64,000 nucleotides of DNA from Prorocentrum cordatum. Lineage: Eukaryota. The notes under the pieces are model-generated. The model saw only the letters and a program-made list of their open reading frames with translations, searched no databases and had not been told where the DNA came from. How positions within the stretch are numbered: position 1 is the stretch's first letter; each line of letters starts with the position of its first letter. Below, piece by piece: positions 13,121-26,000 of the stretch. The stretch spans positions 62,001 to 126,000 of the forward strand of contig CAUYUJ010000336.1 of assembly GCA_963575745.1 (NCBI GenBank). The letters are read 5' to 3'. A program made the position numbers and the translations under genes.

Positions 13121-13318
13121 CAGCTGGCCGCCGTCTTACACGAACACTGCCAAACCCGACGGGCTGGCGTTTTCCGAATTACACTTCGTGCAACTTTCGG
13201 GGGGGATAGTATTTTTCCCAACCCTCCTTGGTTGGGTATTCGTTTTGAATAGAGCAGTGTGGTCTCCACTTCCTCCTTCCCGTCCCGTCTCCCTCTTGCC
13301 TCCTCCTGTCTTGCTTGC

Positions 13319-14340
13319 GGGGGGCTGCGATCTGTGAAACTGTCGCCACTTTCGAGGCCTGCTGGGGGGCCCAGCACAGTGACGCCACGGGCGGACCCAA
13401 ATTAGACCTCGCCATCCCTGGGGGGCTGCGATCTGTGAAACTGTCGCCACTTTCGAGGCCTGCTGGGGGGCCCAGCACAGTGACGCCACGGGCGGACCCA
13501 AATTAGACCTCGCCATCCCTGGGGGGCTGCGATCTGTGAAACTGTCGCCACTTTCGAGGCCTGCTGGGGGGCCCAGCACAGTGACGCCACGCGCGGATCC
13601 AAATTAGACCTCGCCATCCCTGGGGGGCTGCGATCTGTGAAACTGTCGCCACTTTCGAGGCCTGCTGGGGGGCCCAGCACAGTGACGCCACGGGCGGACC
13701 CAAATTAGACCTCGCCATCCCTGGGGGGCTGCGATCTGTGAAACTGTCGCCACTTTCGAGGCCTGCTGGGGGGCCCAGCACAGTGACGCCACGGCGGACC
13801 CAAATTAGACCTCGCCATCCCTGGGGGGCTGCGATCTGTGAAACTGTCGCCACTTTCGAGGCCTGCTGGGGGGCCCAGCACAGTGACGCCACGGGCGGAC
13901 CCAAATTAGACCTCGCCATCCCTGGGGGGCTGCGATCTGTGAAACTGTCGCCACTTTCGAGGCCTGCTGGGGGGCCCAGCACAGTGACGCCACGGGCGGA
14001 CCCAAATTAGACCTCGCCATCCCTGGGGGGCTGCGATCTGTGAAACTGTCGCCACTTTCGAGGCCTGTTGGGGGGCCCAGCACAGTGACGCCACGGGCGG
14101 ACCCAAATTAGACCTCGCCATCCCTGGGGGGCTGCGATCTGTGAAACTGTCGCCACTTTCGAGGCCTGCTGGGGGCCCAGCACAGTGACGCCACGCGCGG
14201 ACCCAAATTAGACCTCGCCATCCCTGGGGGGCTGCGATCTGTGAAACTGTCGCCACTTTCGAGGCCTGCTGGGGGGCCCAGCACAGTGACGCCACGCGCG
14301 GACCCAAATTAGACCGCCATCCCTGGGGGGCTGCGATCTG
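13319..14340. repeat. Tandem array of ~10 near-identical 101-bp units
   Basis: Unit GGGGGCTGCGATCTGTGAAACTGTCGCCACTTTCGAGGCCTGCTGGGGGGCCCAGCACAGTGACGCCACGGGCGGACCCAAATTAGACCTCGCCATCCCTG repeated head to tail with no spacers. Confidence 0.97.
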
Positions 14341-15479
14341 AGATCCCCGCTTTCGAAGTGGCTAGGGTTGCTCAGGGATTGCAACTAATCAGCTTTATCT
14401 AGTCCTTGTCCTGAAGCCAGTTTCCTGCGAGTCTCCCGAATTCCGTCTGCAGACATAGGTAACCCTCGCTCCGTCATCGCCCCCTTATAAAGTGTCCTAA
14501 ACTATTTGCGCCCCGCGTTTGCGCAGGGGTTGGGTACGTCGCCAGGGTAATTTTTCGTTCCCGGGCGTTGGCACGGGACGAGTTGAATGATACACTTGCG
14601 TTGCAATCGATTGCAATCGGTTGAATTGCAATCGATTCAATCGATTGGATTGCAGGGGAGGGACAGGACGGAAGGGAGGGAGGGGAGGAGAGGGAGGGGA
14701 GGGAGGAGATGGAACGAAGGGTGTGGAGGGAGGGGAGGGAGCGGAGGGAGGTGGGGAGGGGGATTGCAGTGGAATGGAGTGCAATCGATTGCAAGCGATT
14801 CGATTGGGATTTTCGATCGTCGATCGTTGATCGTCGATCGTCCATCCTCGATCGTGGATTGTTCATTTTGGATCGTCGGCGAAAGGGAGGGCGGAGGCTC
14901 CGGGGGCTGGGCGGCCAAAGGGGGCAAGGGGGGGGGGCTTCCAAGCCCCCCCCCCCTTTGGCACAAAGGGGGGGAGGGGGGTGGGAGCTTCCAGCAGGGC
15001 GGCTCCAAGGGAGGGGGGCGGTAGCTTAAGCACCCCCCCGGGGGTAGGGGGGGGTAGCTTCCGGGGCGGCCAAAGGGGGGTGGGGGGTGGGTAGCTTCCA
15101 AGCCCCCCTCCCCCTTTGCACGAAAGGGGGGGAGGGGGGGAGGTAGCTTCCAGCAGGGCGGCGCCAAGGGAGGGGGGGGTGGCTTAAGCACCCCCCCCCC
15201 TTTGGAAAAGGGGGGAGGGGGGGTAGCTTCCGGGGAGGGCCCAAGGGGGGATTGGGGGCTGTAAGCCCCCCCCCCCTCTTGTGAAAAAAAGGGGGGAAGG
15301 GGGGGGGTGCTTCCAACAAGGGCGGCTCAAGGGAGGCTTAAGCCTAGCCCACCCTCCCCTTTGCTTGGGCCCTGTGGGCGCGCTCTCTCTCTCTCTCTCT
15401 CTCTCTATATTATATATCTATATATAGGTATATAGGTATATATGTAGTCGATGTACCTGTGTGGATATATGATGATCAT

Positions 15480-15604
15480 GACGGTTACTATTACTCATAC
15501 AATTATTGCCGCTACGACTACGACTACAATTACGACTGCGACTATTCCGATTACCACTGTCACTACTACTACTACTACTGCTACTGCTACTACTGCTACT
15601 AATT

Positions 15605-15644
<40 letters not shown>

Positions 15645-15772
15645 CACTATTACTACTACGACTACTACTACTACTACTACTACTACTACGACTACGACTA
15701 CGACTACTACTACTACTACCTTTACTACTACTACTACTACTACTACGACGACGACTGCTACTACTACGACTG

Positions 15773-15812
<40 letters not shown>

Positions 15813-15878
15813 ACCACCACCACACCACCACCACCACACACCACCACCACCACTACTACTACACTACTACTTCTACTA

Positions 15879-15920
<42 letters not shown>

Positions 15921-16260
15921 GATTACTACTACTACTGCTACTACTGCTGCTACTACTGCTACTACTAGTACTACTACTACTACTACTATTACTACTACTA
16001 CTACTACTACTACTCCTACTCCTACTCCTACTACTACTACGACGACGACTGCTACTACTACTACTACTACTACTACGAATGCTACGACTACTACTACTAC
16101 CACTACTACTACTACTACTACTACTGCTGCTACTACTACTACTACTACTACTACTAGTACTGCTACTACTACTACTACCACTACTACTACTACTACTACT
16201 ACCACTACTACAATTACTATGTTCAATTATTATTACTACTACTACTACTACTACTTCTCC
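15480..16260. repeat. (ACT)n microsatellite
   Basis: Read directly from the sequence. The poly-Thr/Leu/Val/Ser ORFs here are artefacts. Confidence 0.95.
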
Positions 16261-17079
16261 TATCGCTAGCACTCGTATGTGTAATATTAACATCCTTATG
16301 GTACATAGTCCTATGTTACAGTATCCAACACAATCATATCAAACTGCTACTACTTACTTTCATATATTTTCACAACTCGCACACACACACACACACGTTT
16401 CTCCAACACTTACAAACTATTCACGAACAGCTCATATCACTTGAGATAGATCTACGCCATGTATCCGCAATATTCCATGACATAGATTAGCTGTTATTGT
16501 TTTTTGTTTTTGGTTTTTTTCGGCGAGCCGAGCCAGATGAACGAAGGGAACCCGCCAGCCGTTCGACCGCAGCGAGTTCGCGGCCGTGCTCGCAGCAGCG
16601 GTGGCGGCGAGCGGGAGCGAAGATGAGCAAGACGCAGCATCCGCCCGGGCGTTGACACGCCGCGGGCGCAGTTGGACGCCGGCGAACGTCTCGGCGCGTC
16701 TTGCGCCTCGGCCTAGGAGCCGAACGCGCGCGCTTGCGCGCTCCGCGTCTCTCGTGTAAAAAGATCCTGCTGGGCTGCGTTCGCGCGCTGCGCTGCAATC
16801 AGTGCGCTGGGTCGGGCAGTGGGTGCCGCGCGCTATGTTGCGCGGCGCCGCGCGCTCGGGCGTGGCCACTTCGGCGTTGGGTGTAGCCACGCCCGCGCGC
16901 GGCAGCGGCGTGCAGTGCGGCGCCCTCGAGCTGCGCCGCGCTGCCCCCGCTGCGCGCCACGCCCATCGCCGGGGCGCGGCAGCGCCCGACAGGCAGGTTG
17001 GCGCGGCGAGCGCCAGTATGGCACTGGTGAAGGGCCCCCTGGGGCATTTGCGCTGCTCTCCTCGGGACCAGAATTTAGA

Positions 17080-20000
17080 GGATGTCTCTGGCGAGCTACT
17101 TGTTTTCACGTGCCCATTATTGAGAATATCTCGAGCGAGACGCTTGGTTTCACGCCTCAAGCTGCCCAGGCAGATTTCGGCCATCAGGATTTGTTGAGGA
17201 TTTATCGAGCGAGAATCTTGTTTTTACGTGCCCAGGTCGCTCAGGCAGATGTCTAGCATCAGGATGTGCTGAGGATGTCTTTCGAGAGAAAGAGAGAGAG
17301 AGAGAGAGAGAGCGAAAGAAAGAGAGCGAGAGAGAGAGAGAGAGAAAAAAAGAAAGAGAGAGAGAGAGAGAGCAACGCTTGTTTTCGCGTGTCCAGGTCG
17401 ACCAGGCGGATGTCCAGCATGAAGATGTGTTGAGAAGGTGTTGAGCGAAACGCTTGGCTTCACGTGTCCAGGTCGCCCAGGCGGATGGCCAACATGAGGA
17501 TGCGATGAAGACCTCTTTCGAGCGTGATGCTTGGTTTCACGTGTCCAGGTCGCCCAGGCGAATGTCTAGTATGAGGATGCGTTGAGAAGGTCTCGCGCGA
17601 AACGATTGTTTTCGCGTGCCCAGGTCGTTCAGGCGGATGTCTTACGTGAGTATGGATTGAGGATGCGTTGGACGAGACGCTTGCTTTCGCGTGCCCAGGT
17701 CGCCCAGGCGGATGTCTAGCATGAAGGTGCGTTGAGCGAAACGTTTGGTATCACGTGCCCAGGTGGACCAGGCGGATGTCTAGCATGAGGACGTGTTGAA
17801 CATGTGTTAAGCGAAACGCTTGGTTACACGTGTCCAGGTCGCCCAGTCGGATGTCTAACACGGGGATGTGTTGAGGATTTCTCTCTGTCCCTCTATCTTT
17901 CTCTCTCTCTATCCCCCAAGAGAGAGAGATAATGAGACAAGAGAGAGAGAGAGAGTTGCTTTCACGTGTCCAGTCGCCCTGGCGGATGTCTATCATGAGG
18001 AAGTATTGAGGACGTGTTGAGCGAACCACTTGTTTTCACGTGTTCCGGTCGCCCAGGCGGATGTCTAGCATGAGGAGGTGTTGGGATTTTCTCGTGCGAG
18101 ACCTTTGGTTTCACGTATCCAGATCGCCCAGGAAGGTGTCCAACATGAGGACTTGTTGAGGATGTCCAGTGAAACGCTTGTCGCAGTAGAGCGTGTCGCA
18201 GTCCAAACCCGCCCGTCCGTGGGGCGTTCTCTGGCGCCTTGGCGCGCCCCCTGGTGCGTCCCTTGCGACGGTTTGGCGCGACGTGCCGTGGCACGTCCCC
18301 TAGCACGCCACTCGGCGTGGCACGTTCCTTGGCTCGTCCTCTGTCGCGTTTCCTTGCTCGTCCCCGGGCGTTTCCCCTGCCTGTTCCGTGGCGGGCCCCT
18401 TGCAACGTCCCTTGGCATGACGTCCTCTGGCCGTCCCATGGCACGCGCCTTGGCACGTCCCACGGCAGGTCCCTGGCACGTTCAGGGCACGTCCCCTGAT
18501 ACGTCCCCTGACACGTCCCCTAGCGCATACCCTATTGCGCCCTTGGCACATCCTGTGGCGCGTCCGCGAGCCTGTGCCCCGTGTCGTGTCGTTCCTTGTC
18601 GGAGCTTATTCGGATTTTGAGGTCGAGTTGATGGAACGTCCTCCACTTTTCAACACCCCCCTCAACGGAGCCTCCAGTGGGTACCCCCCCGAGGTCGGGC
18701 GTCGCCGTTTCCCTTTTTTTTCTCGGGGAGCGAACTAAGTCTTCGCAGGATCTTTCGTCGCCGTTTTTTGTCCGGGGTTCCTCGGCGTTCTTTTCGGGCG
18801 CGTGATGCGGAACGCGGCTTGCTCGCGGGCCTCCTTTGGGCGCGTGGCCTCATGTGGGGCGCCGCCGAAGGTCCCAGTGGCAAATTTGGGCACGCGCACA
18901 TGCGCACGGTTCGTGGCCTAATAGGGAGCTTCACCGAAGCCTCAATTGCAGGGCCCACATGCGTCCCAAGTCCAGTTTGGGCACGCCCCTTACACTGTGC
19001 GTGGCTTCATATGGAGATTCAGGGAGTTTCACCGAAGGCCCTCGTGGCACGGTTCGCATGCGTCACGGTAAGTGTTTTGGCGAGTCGTCGTCGCTGTTTT
19101 GTTCGAAGAGGTTATTTGAAGGTTTGCGTTTTGCTCGCCGTTTTTTTGTTGGGGTGGGTTTATGTGGGGCGAGTCGCGTCGCCATTTCTCGGTGACACTC
19201 GGTAAGTGTGCAGGAATTGAATTATCTTCGCTGGTTTTTCTGAGTGGATGGGTTGGATCAGAATAGCGGGGAGTGATCACGTTTCCACTTCAGATAGCCT
19301 TGGGGCGGCTATTATGTGCAGCTCGAGCTTAAGATCCAAGTTAGTGCGGTCAGGACTCGAATGCTAAGAAGGACTCGATCCACAACGCTATAGAGCACAA
19401 TCGCGGCATGGCACACCGCAGTTCAGCACGGCACAGCACAGCACAACCCTTGGCACGGTACATCAAGATCGATACATTCAGCAATTGCCCGTCGCCCAAT
19501 CAGGTGTTTTGAAAACGTTGCCATGCTTCACATGTCAGGATCCTTTTCCGGGTTCGTGGGTCGATCCAGGGAGAGAGGGGCGATGCGCGCAGGTGGATGC
19601 GATGAGCGGTGTCGCAAGATTCAGGAATCCTACCAGACAGCCCATTGCATGTTTCCACGCCTCAACGTGCCAGGGGTCACGGTGGCGGATACAGTAGAGA
19701 ATATAGGAGGGGTTTGTGAGGGGATGGGAGGGCTTCTGGCTGAGAACGGATAATTAGGTGTAGCAACGCTCTTGAGCCGCTTGAGAAAGAACGCGCCTCT
19801 AGAGTGACGCTGGTGAGTTTTTTTTGCCACACCGCGCATGTCCTCATATTGCATGCCTGGCGACACTCCAGCAGTTTTTGATTTTTACACCAGGGTCCGT
19901 GTCACTCTCCATCCGTCGCCTTCTACAGGTGCTGAGTCTCTGAGACGGCTGGTGTGGTTGGATTCCATCGCAAGTCTTTTGACCCATCAGCGCTTCGGAC

Positions 20001-23000
20001 TGAGATCTAGGACTTCACCTCGTAATCATGTTCCTAGTGGAAGCGCCTGGAGGCCCCCGTTGAGCTGTCTTTTTCCCGGCGAGCGAGACGCTTGGTTTCA
20101 CGCCTTCAGGTTGCCCATGCAGAGGTCTAGCGCCAGGATTTGTTGAGGATGCCTCGAGCGAGACGCTTGGTTTCACGCGTCTTCGTCGCCCAGGCGGATG
20201 TCTAGCATGAGGATGTGTTGAGGAAGTCTCGATCGAGATGCTTGTTTGCACGTGTCAAGGTTGCCCAGGCGGATGCCTAGCATGAGGATGTGCTGAGAAT
20301 GTCTTGAGAGATACGCTTGTTTTCATGTGTCCAGGTCGCCCAGGCACTCAGCATTGCAACTTGGCATGTTCCCTGGCACGTTCCGTGGCGCGTCCTGTGG
20401 CGAGTCCCCCTGGCACGTTGCGCAGCGCGTCCCTTGGCACGTCCTGTGGCACGTCCATTCGCACGTTCCGTAGCGCGTCCCCTTGGCACGTCCAGCGGTG
20501 CGTCCCCATGGCACGCCCCCCTGGCACGTCGCCTGGCGCGTCCCTTGGGACGGTCCGCGGCGCGTCCTCCTGGCATGGTTTCCTGTCAATTGGCTCTGGG
20601 GCAGCTACTATGTGCCCAGGCAGCTCGAGCGTAAGGTCCAGAGTCCAGATCAGTTCGGTCAGGACTCGGATGCAAAGGAGAACTCGATCCATAACGCTAT
20701 AGAGCACATTCGCGGCATTGCACATCGCAATTCAGCACGGCGCAGCACAGCACAGCCTTCGGCGCGGTACATCAAGATCAATACATTCAGCATTGCAATT
20801 TGGCAGGGTCCCTGGCACGTTCCGTGGCGCGTCCTGTGGCGAGTCCCCCTGGCAAGTCGCGCGGCGCGTCCCCTGGCACGTCCTGTGGCACGTCCATTGT
20901 CACGTTCCGTAGCGCGGCCCCTTGGCACGTCCCGCGGTGCGTCCCCATGGCACGTCCCCTGGCACGTTGGGACGTTTCGCGGCGCGTCCTCCTGGCATGT
21001 GTTCCTGTCAATTGGCTCTGGGGCAGCTACTATGTGCTCAGGCAGCTCGAGCTTCAGATCCAGATCAGTTCGGTCAGGACTCGGATGCGAATGAGGACTA
21101 GATCCACGACGCTGTAGAGCACAATCGCGGCATGGAACATCGCAATTCAGCACGGCGCAGCACAGCACAGCCCTTGGCAAGGGTACAAAAGATCGATACA
21201 CTCAGCATTGCATTTGCCCGTCACCCGATCAGGTGTCTCTGAAACCGTTGCCATGCTTACATTTCTATATTCCTTTCCGGGTTCGTGGGTCGATCATGTT
21301 CAACAGGTTTACCCCCGGGCCCCGACGGCTCTAGGGCCAGCGACATTACTTGCGATACATTGCAAGGTAAAGTGTGATTTTGCAGTTGAACAAGTGCGTT
21401 GTTCGCATGCCCGCTCGAGGAAAGTTTGCCCCCCATCTCGGATCCTCAATACATACCGGGGTCCGCAGACCACCGTGCTCCTTCGTACAAAAGAGGGTGC
21501 GGGGCATTGTCAGCAGAATCTCAAAAACAACAAAAATCGAGGAGGAGGAGCCCCGACCGCGACGCGAAAAAGCGTCCCGCGCGCAGGAATTCCGAGGATG
21601 CCTCGCGCGTGCCGCGTCCCGCGCGCAGGAATTTCGAGGATGCCTCGACTAATTCGCTGGTTTGTGCAGGAATTTCGCTAGGAGGGCCCAGGAGGCATCC
21701 AACATGGTGGCCCCGAACTGGTACCACCTTTTTTCACGTGTCCAGGCCACCCAAGGTGTATCTAACATGGTGGTTCCGCGCTGGAAACACATGTTTTCCC
21801 GTGTGCAGGCCGCACAGAAGGGGGTATCTAACATAGTGGTCCTGAGTTGGAGCCACGTGTTATCACATGTCCAGGCCACACATGGGGCGTACCTAACATG
21901 GTGGTTCCGCGCTGGAACCACGTGTTTTCACGTGTCCACGCCACTCAGGGGGCTATCTAACATGGTGGTCCCAAGCTGGAGCCGCGTCATTTCACGTGTT
22001 CGGGGCACCCATGTCGGTATCTAACACGGTGGCCCCCAGCTGGTACCACGTGTGTTCACGCGTCCAGGCCACACAGAAGTGGGGTATCCAACGTAGTGGT
22101 CCCGCGCTGGAGCCACGTGTTTTCACGTGTACAGGCCAGCCAGGTGGGTATCTAACATGTTGGCCCCGAGATGGAACCATGTGTTTCATTTGTCGAGGCC
22201 ACCCAGGGGGTGTCTAGGATGGCGGTCCCGCGCTGGAAGCACGTGTTTTCACGTGCCCAGGTCGCCCAGGGGGTGTATCTAACATGGTGGCCTCGCTCTG
22301 GAGCCGCGTGGTTTCACGTGTCCACGCCGCCGAAGGCGGTATCTAACATGGTGGCCCTGAGTTGGAACCACGTCGCTTCACGTGTACAGGGCACCCAGGT
22401 GGGTATCTAACATGGTGGTCCCGAGCTGGTACTACGTTTTCACGTGCCCAGGCCACACAGGTGAGTATCGAATATGGTGGTCCCGCGCTGTGGCCACGCG
22501 TTTTCACGTGTGCAGACCATCCCGGCGCGTATCTAACATGGCGGTCCCAGGTGGGTATCTAACATGGTGGTCCCGCGTTGGAACCGTGTGCTTGTACGTG
22601 TCCACGCCACCCAGGGAGTATCCAACCTGGCGGTCCCGAGCTGGAACCACGTCCCACACAGGAGGGCATCTAACATGGTTGTCCCGAGCTCAAACGACGC
22701 GTATGCCCCCCTGGCATGTCGCCTCGCACGTTCCCTGGCACGTTCCGTGGCGCATCCCGTGGCACGTCCATCGGCACGTTCCGTAGCGCGTCCCTTTTGG
22801 CACTTCCCGCGGTGCGTCCCCATGGCGCGTCCTTTGGCACGTCGCTTGGCGCGTCCCTTGTGACATTCCGCGGCGCGTCCTCCTGGCATGTTCCCTGTCA
22901 GCTACCTCTGGGGGGGCTACTATGTGCTCAGGCGGCTCGAGCTTCAGATCCAGATCAGTTCGGTCAGGACTCGGATGCAGCGGAGAACTCGATCCACAAC

Positions 23001-26000
23001 AGTATAGAGCACAACCGTGGCATGGCACATCGCAGTTCAGCACGGCGCAGCACAGCACAGCCTTCGGCGCAGTACATCAAGATCGATACATTCAGAATTG
23101 CAACCTGGCACGTTCCCTGGCACGTTCCCTGGCGCGTCCCGTGGCGAGTCCCCCTGGCACGTCGCGTGGCGCGTCCCTTGGCACGTCCCGTGGCACCGTC
23201 CATTGGCACGTCCATGGGCACGTTCTGCAACGCGTCCCCTTGGCATGTCCCGCGGTGCATCCCCATGGCACGCCCCCTGGCACGTCGCCTGGTGCGTCCC
23301 TTGGAACGTTCCGCGGCGCGTCCTCCGGGCATGTCCCCCTGTCAATTAGCCCTGGGGCAGCTAATCTGTGTTCAGGCAGCGCGTGCTTAAGATCCACATC
23401 AGTTTGGTCAGGGCTCGGATGCACAGGAGGACTCGATCCACGACGCTATAGAGCACATTCGCGGCATGGCACATCGCAGTTCAGCACGGCGCAGCACAGC
23501 ACAGCCTTCGGCAGGGTACAGCAAGATCGATACGCTCAGCATGGCAATTTGGCACGTTCCTTGGCACGTTCCGTGGCGCATCCCGTGGCGAGTCCCCCTG
23601 GCACGTCGTGCGGCGCGTCCCGTGGCACGTCCATTGGCACGTCCATTGGCACGTTCCGTAACGCGTCCCTTTGGCACGTCCCGCGGTGCGTCCCCATGGC
23701 ACGCCCCCTGGCACGTCGCCTGGCGCGTCCCTTGAGACGTTCCGCAGCGCGTCCTCCTGGCATGTCCCCTTGTCAATTAGCTGTGGGGCAGCTACTATGT
23801 GCTCAGGCAGCTCGAGCTTAGGATCCATATGAGTTCGGTCAGGACTCGGATGCAAATGAGGACTCGAACCACAACGCAACAGAGCACACTCGCGGCATGG
23901 CACATCGCAGTTCAGCACGGCGCAGCGCAGCACCCCCTCGGCACGGTACATCAAGATCGATACATTCAGCATTGCAGCTTGGCACGTTCCTTGGGACGTT
24001 CCGCGGCGCGTCCTCCTGGCATGCTCCCCTGCCAATCAGCTCTGGGGCAGGTACTATGTGTTCAGGCAGCTCGAGCTGAAGATCCAGATCAGTTCGGTCA
24101 GGACTCGGATGCAAAGGAGGGCTCGATCCACAACGCTATTGAGCACAATCGCGGCATGGAACATCGCAATTCAGCACGGTGCAGCACAGCACAGCCTTCG
24201 GCAGGGTACATCAAGATCGATACATTCAGCATTGCCTTTTGGCACGTTCCCTGGCACGTTCCGTGGCGCATCCCGTGGCGAGTCCCCCTGGCACGTCATG
24301 CGGCGCGTCCCCCTGGCACATCCCGTGGCACAGTCATTGGCACGTTCCGTAACGCGTCCCCTTGGCACGTCTCGCGGTGTGTCCCCATGGCACGTCCCCT
24401 GGCACGTCGCCTGTCGCGTCCCTTGGGACGTTTCGCGGCGCGTCCTCCTTGCGTGTCCCCCAGTCAATTAGCTCTGGGGCAGCTACTATGTGTTCAGGCA
24501 GTTCGAGCTGAAGATCCAGATCAGTTTGGTCAGGACTCGGATGCAAAGGAGGACTCGATCCACAACGATATAGACCACATTCGCGGCATGGCACATCGCA
24601 ATTCAGCACGGTGCAGCACAGCACAGCCCTCGGCAGGGTACATCAAGATCGATACATTCAGCATTGCCTTTTGGCACGTTCCCTGGCACGTTCTGTGGCG
24701 CATCCCGTGGCGAGTCCCCAATTCACTCAGCATTGCATTTGCCCGTCACCCAATTAGGTGTCTTTGAAATCGTTACCATGCTTACATTTCTACATTCCTT
24801 TCCGGGTTCGCGGGTCGATCATGTTCAACAGGTTTACCCCCGGGCCCCGACGGCTCTAGGGCCAGCGAAATTATTTGCGATGCATTGCAAGGAAACGTGT
24901 GATTTTACAGTCGAACAAGTGCGTTTTTCGCATGCCCGCTCGAGGAAAGTTTGCCCCCCATCTCGGATCCTCAATACATAGCGGGGTCCGCAGACCCGTG
25001 TTCCTTCGTACAAAAGAGGGTGAGGGGCATTGTCAGCAGAATCTTCAAAAGAACAACTAGGTCTGGAGCCCCGACCGCGACGCGGAAAAGCGTCCCGCGC
25101 GCAGAAATTCCGAGGATGTCTCGCGCGTGCCGCGTCCTGCGCGCAGGAATGTCGAGGATGTCTCGACTAATTCGCTTGTGTTTGCATCAATTTCGCTAGG
25201 AGGGCCCAGGAGGCATCTAACATGGTGGTACCGAGCTGGTACTACGTGTGTTCACGTGTCCACGCCGCCAAAGGGGTATCTAACATGGTGGTTCCGCGCT
25301 GGGAACAAGTGTTTTCACATGTGCAGGCAGCACAGAAGGGGGGTATCTAACATAGTGGTCCTGAGCTGGAGCCACGTTTTATCACGGGTCCAGGCCACAC
25401 ATGGGGCGTATCTAACATGGTGGTTCCGCGCTGGAACCACGTGTTTTCACGTGTCCACGCCACCCAGGGGGCTATCTAACATGGTGGTCCCGAGCTGGAG
25501 CCGCGTCGGTTCACGTGTTCGGGGCACCCAGGTAGGTATAGGTAGGTATCTAACACGGTGGTCCCGAGCTGGTGCCACGTGTTTTCACGTGCCCAGGCCA
25601 CACAGAAGTGGGGTACCCAACATAGTGGTCCCGCGATGGAACCACGTGTTTTCACATACCCAGGTCGCCCAGGGGGGTATCTGACATGGTGGTCCCGAGT
25701 TGGAGCCACGTGTTTTCACGTGCCCAGGGCACACAGGGGGGTGTCTAACATGTTGTGCCCGAGCTGGGACCGCGCCGCTTCACGTGTCCAGGGCACCCAG
25801 GTGGGTATCTAACATGGTGGTCCCGAGCCCGTACCACGTTTTCACGTGTCCAGGCTACACAGGTGGGTATCTAACATGGGACTGGCACGTTCCGTGGCGC
25901 GGCCCGTGGCACGTCCATCGGAACGTTCCGTAACGCGTCCCTTTTGGCACGTCCCGCGGTGCGTCCCCATGGCACGTCCCTTGGCTCGTCGCTTGGCGCG

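Larger units (their letters stand above)
12411..15380. mobile_element. Fold-back-like structure with long G/C-run-rich inverted arms
   Basis: 12620-12732 is the reverse complement of ~14878-14992. Both arms extend outward as modular ttccaagc/poly-C/poly-G units, and TA/CT microsatellites flank the structure. Confidence 0.55.

Noticed and set aside
13319..14340. CRISPR-like regular array
   Set aside because: Units are fully repeated with no unique spacers, and there are no cas genes. It is a tandem satellite.
15418..16444. Long poly-Thr/Leu/Val/Ser ORFs (mucin- or membrane-like)
   Set aside because: Translations of an (ACT)n microsatellite.
16520..17070. GC-rich fragment with HRRGAA resembling a tyrosine recombinase motif
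   Set aside because: Too short and degenerate; other catalytic motifs were not found.
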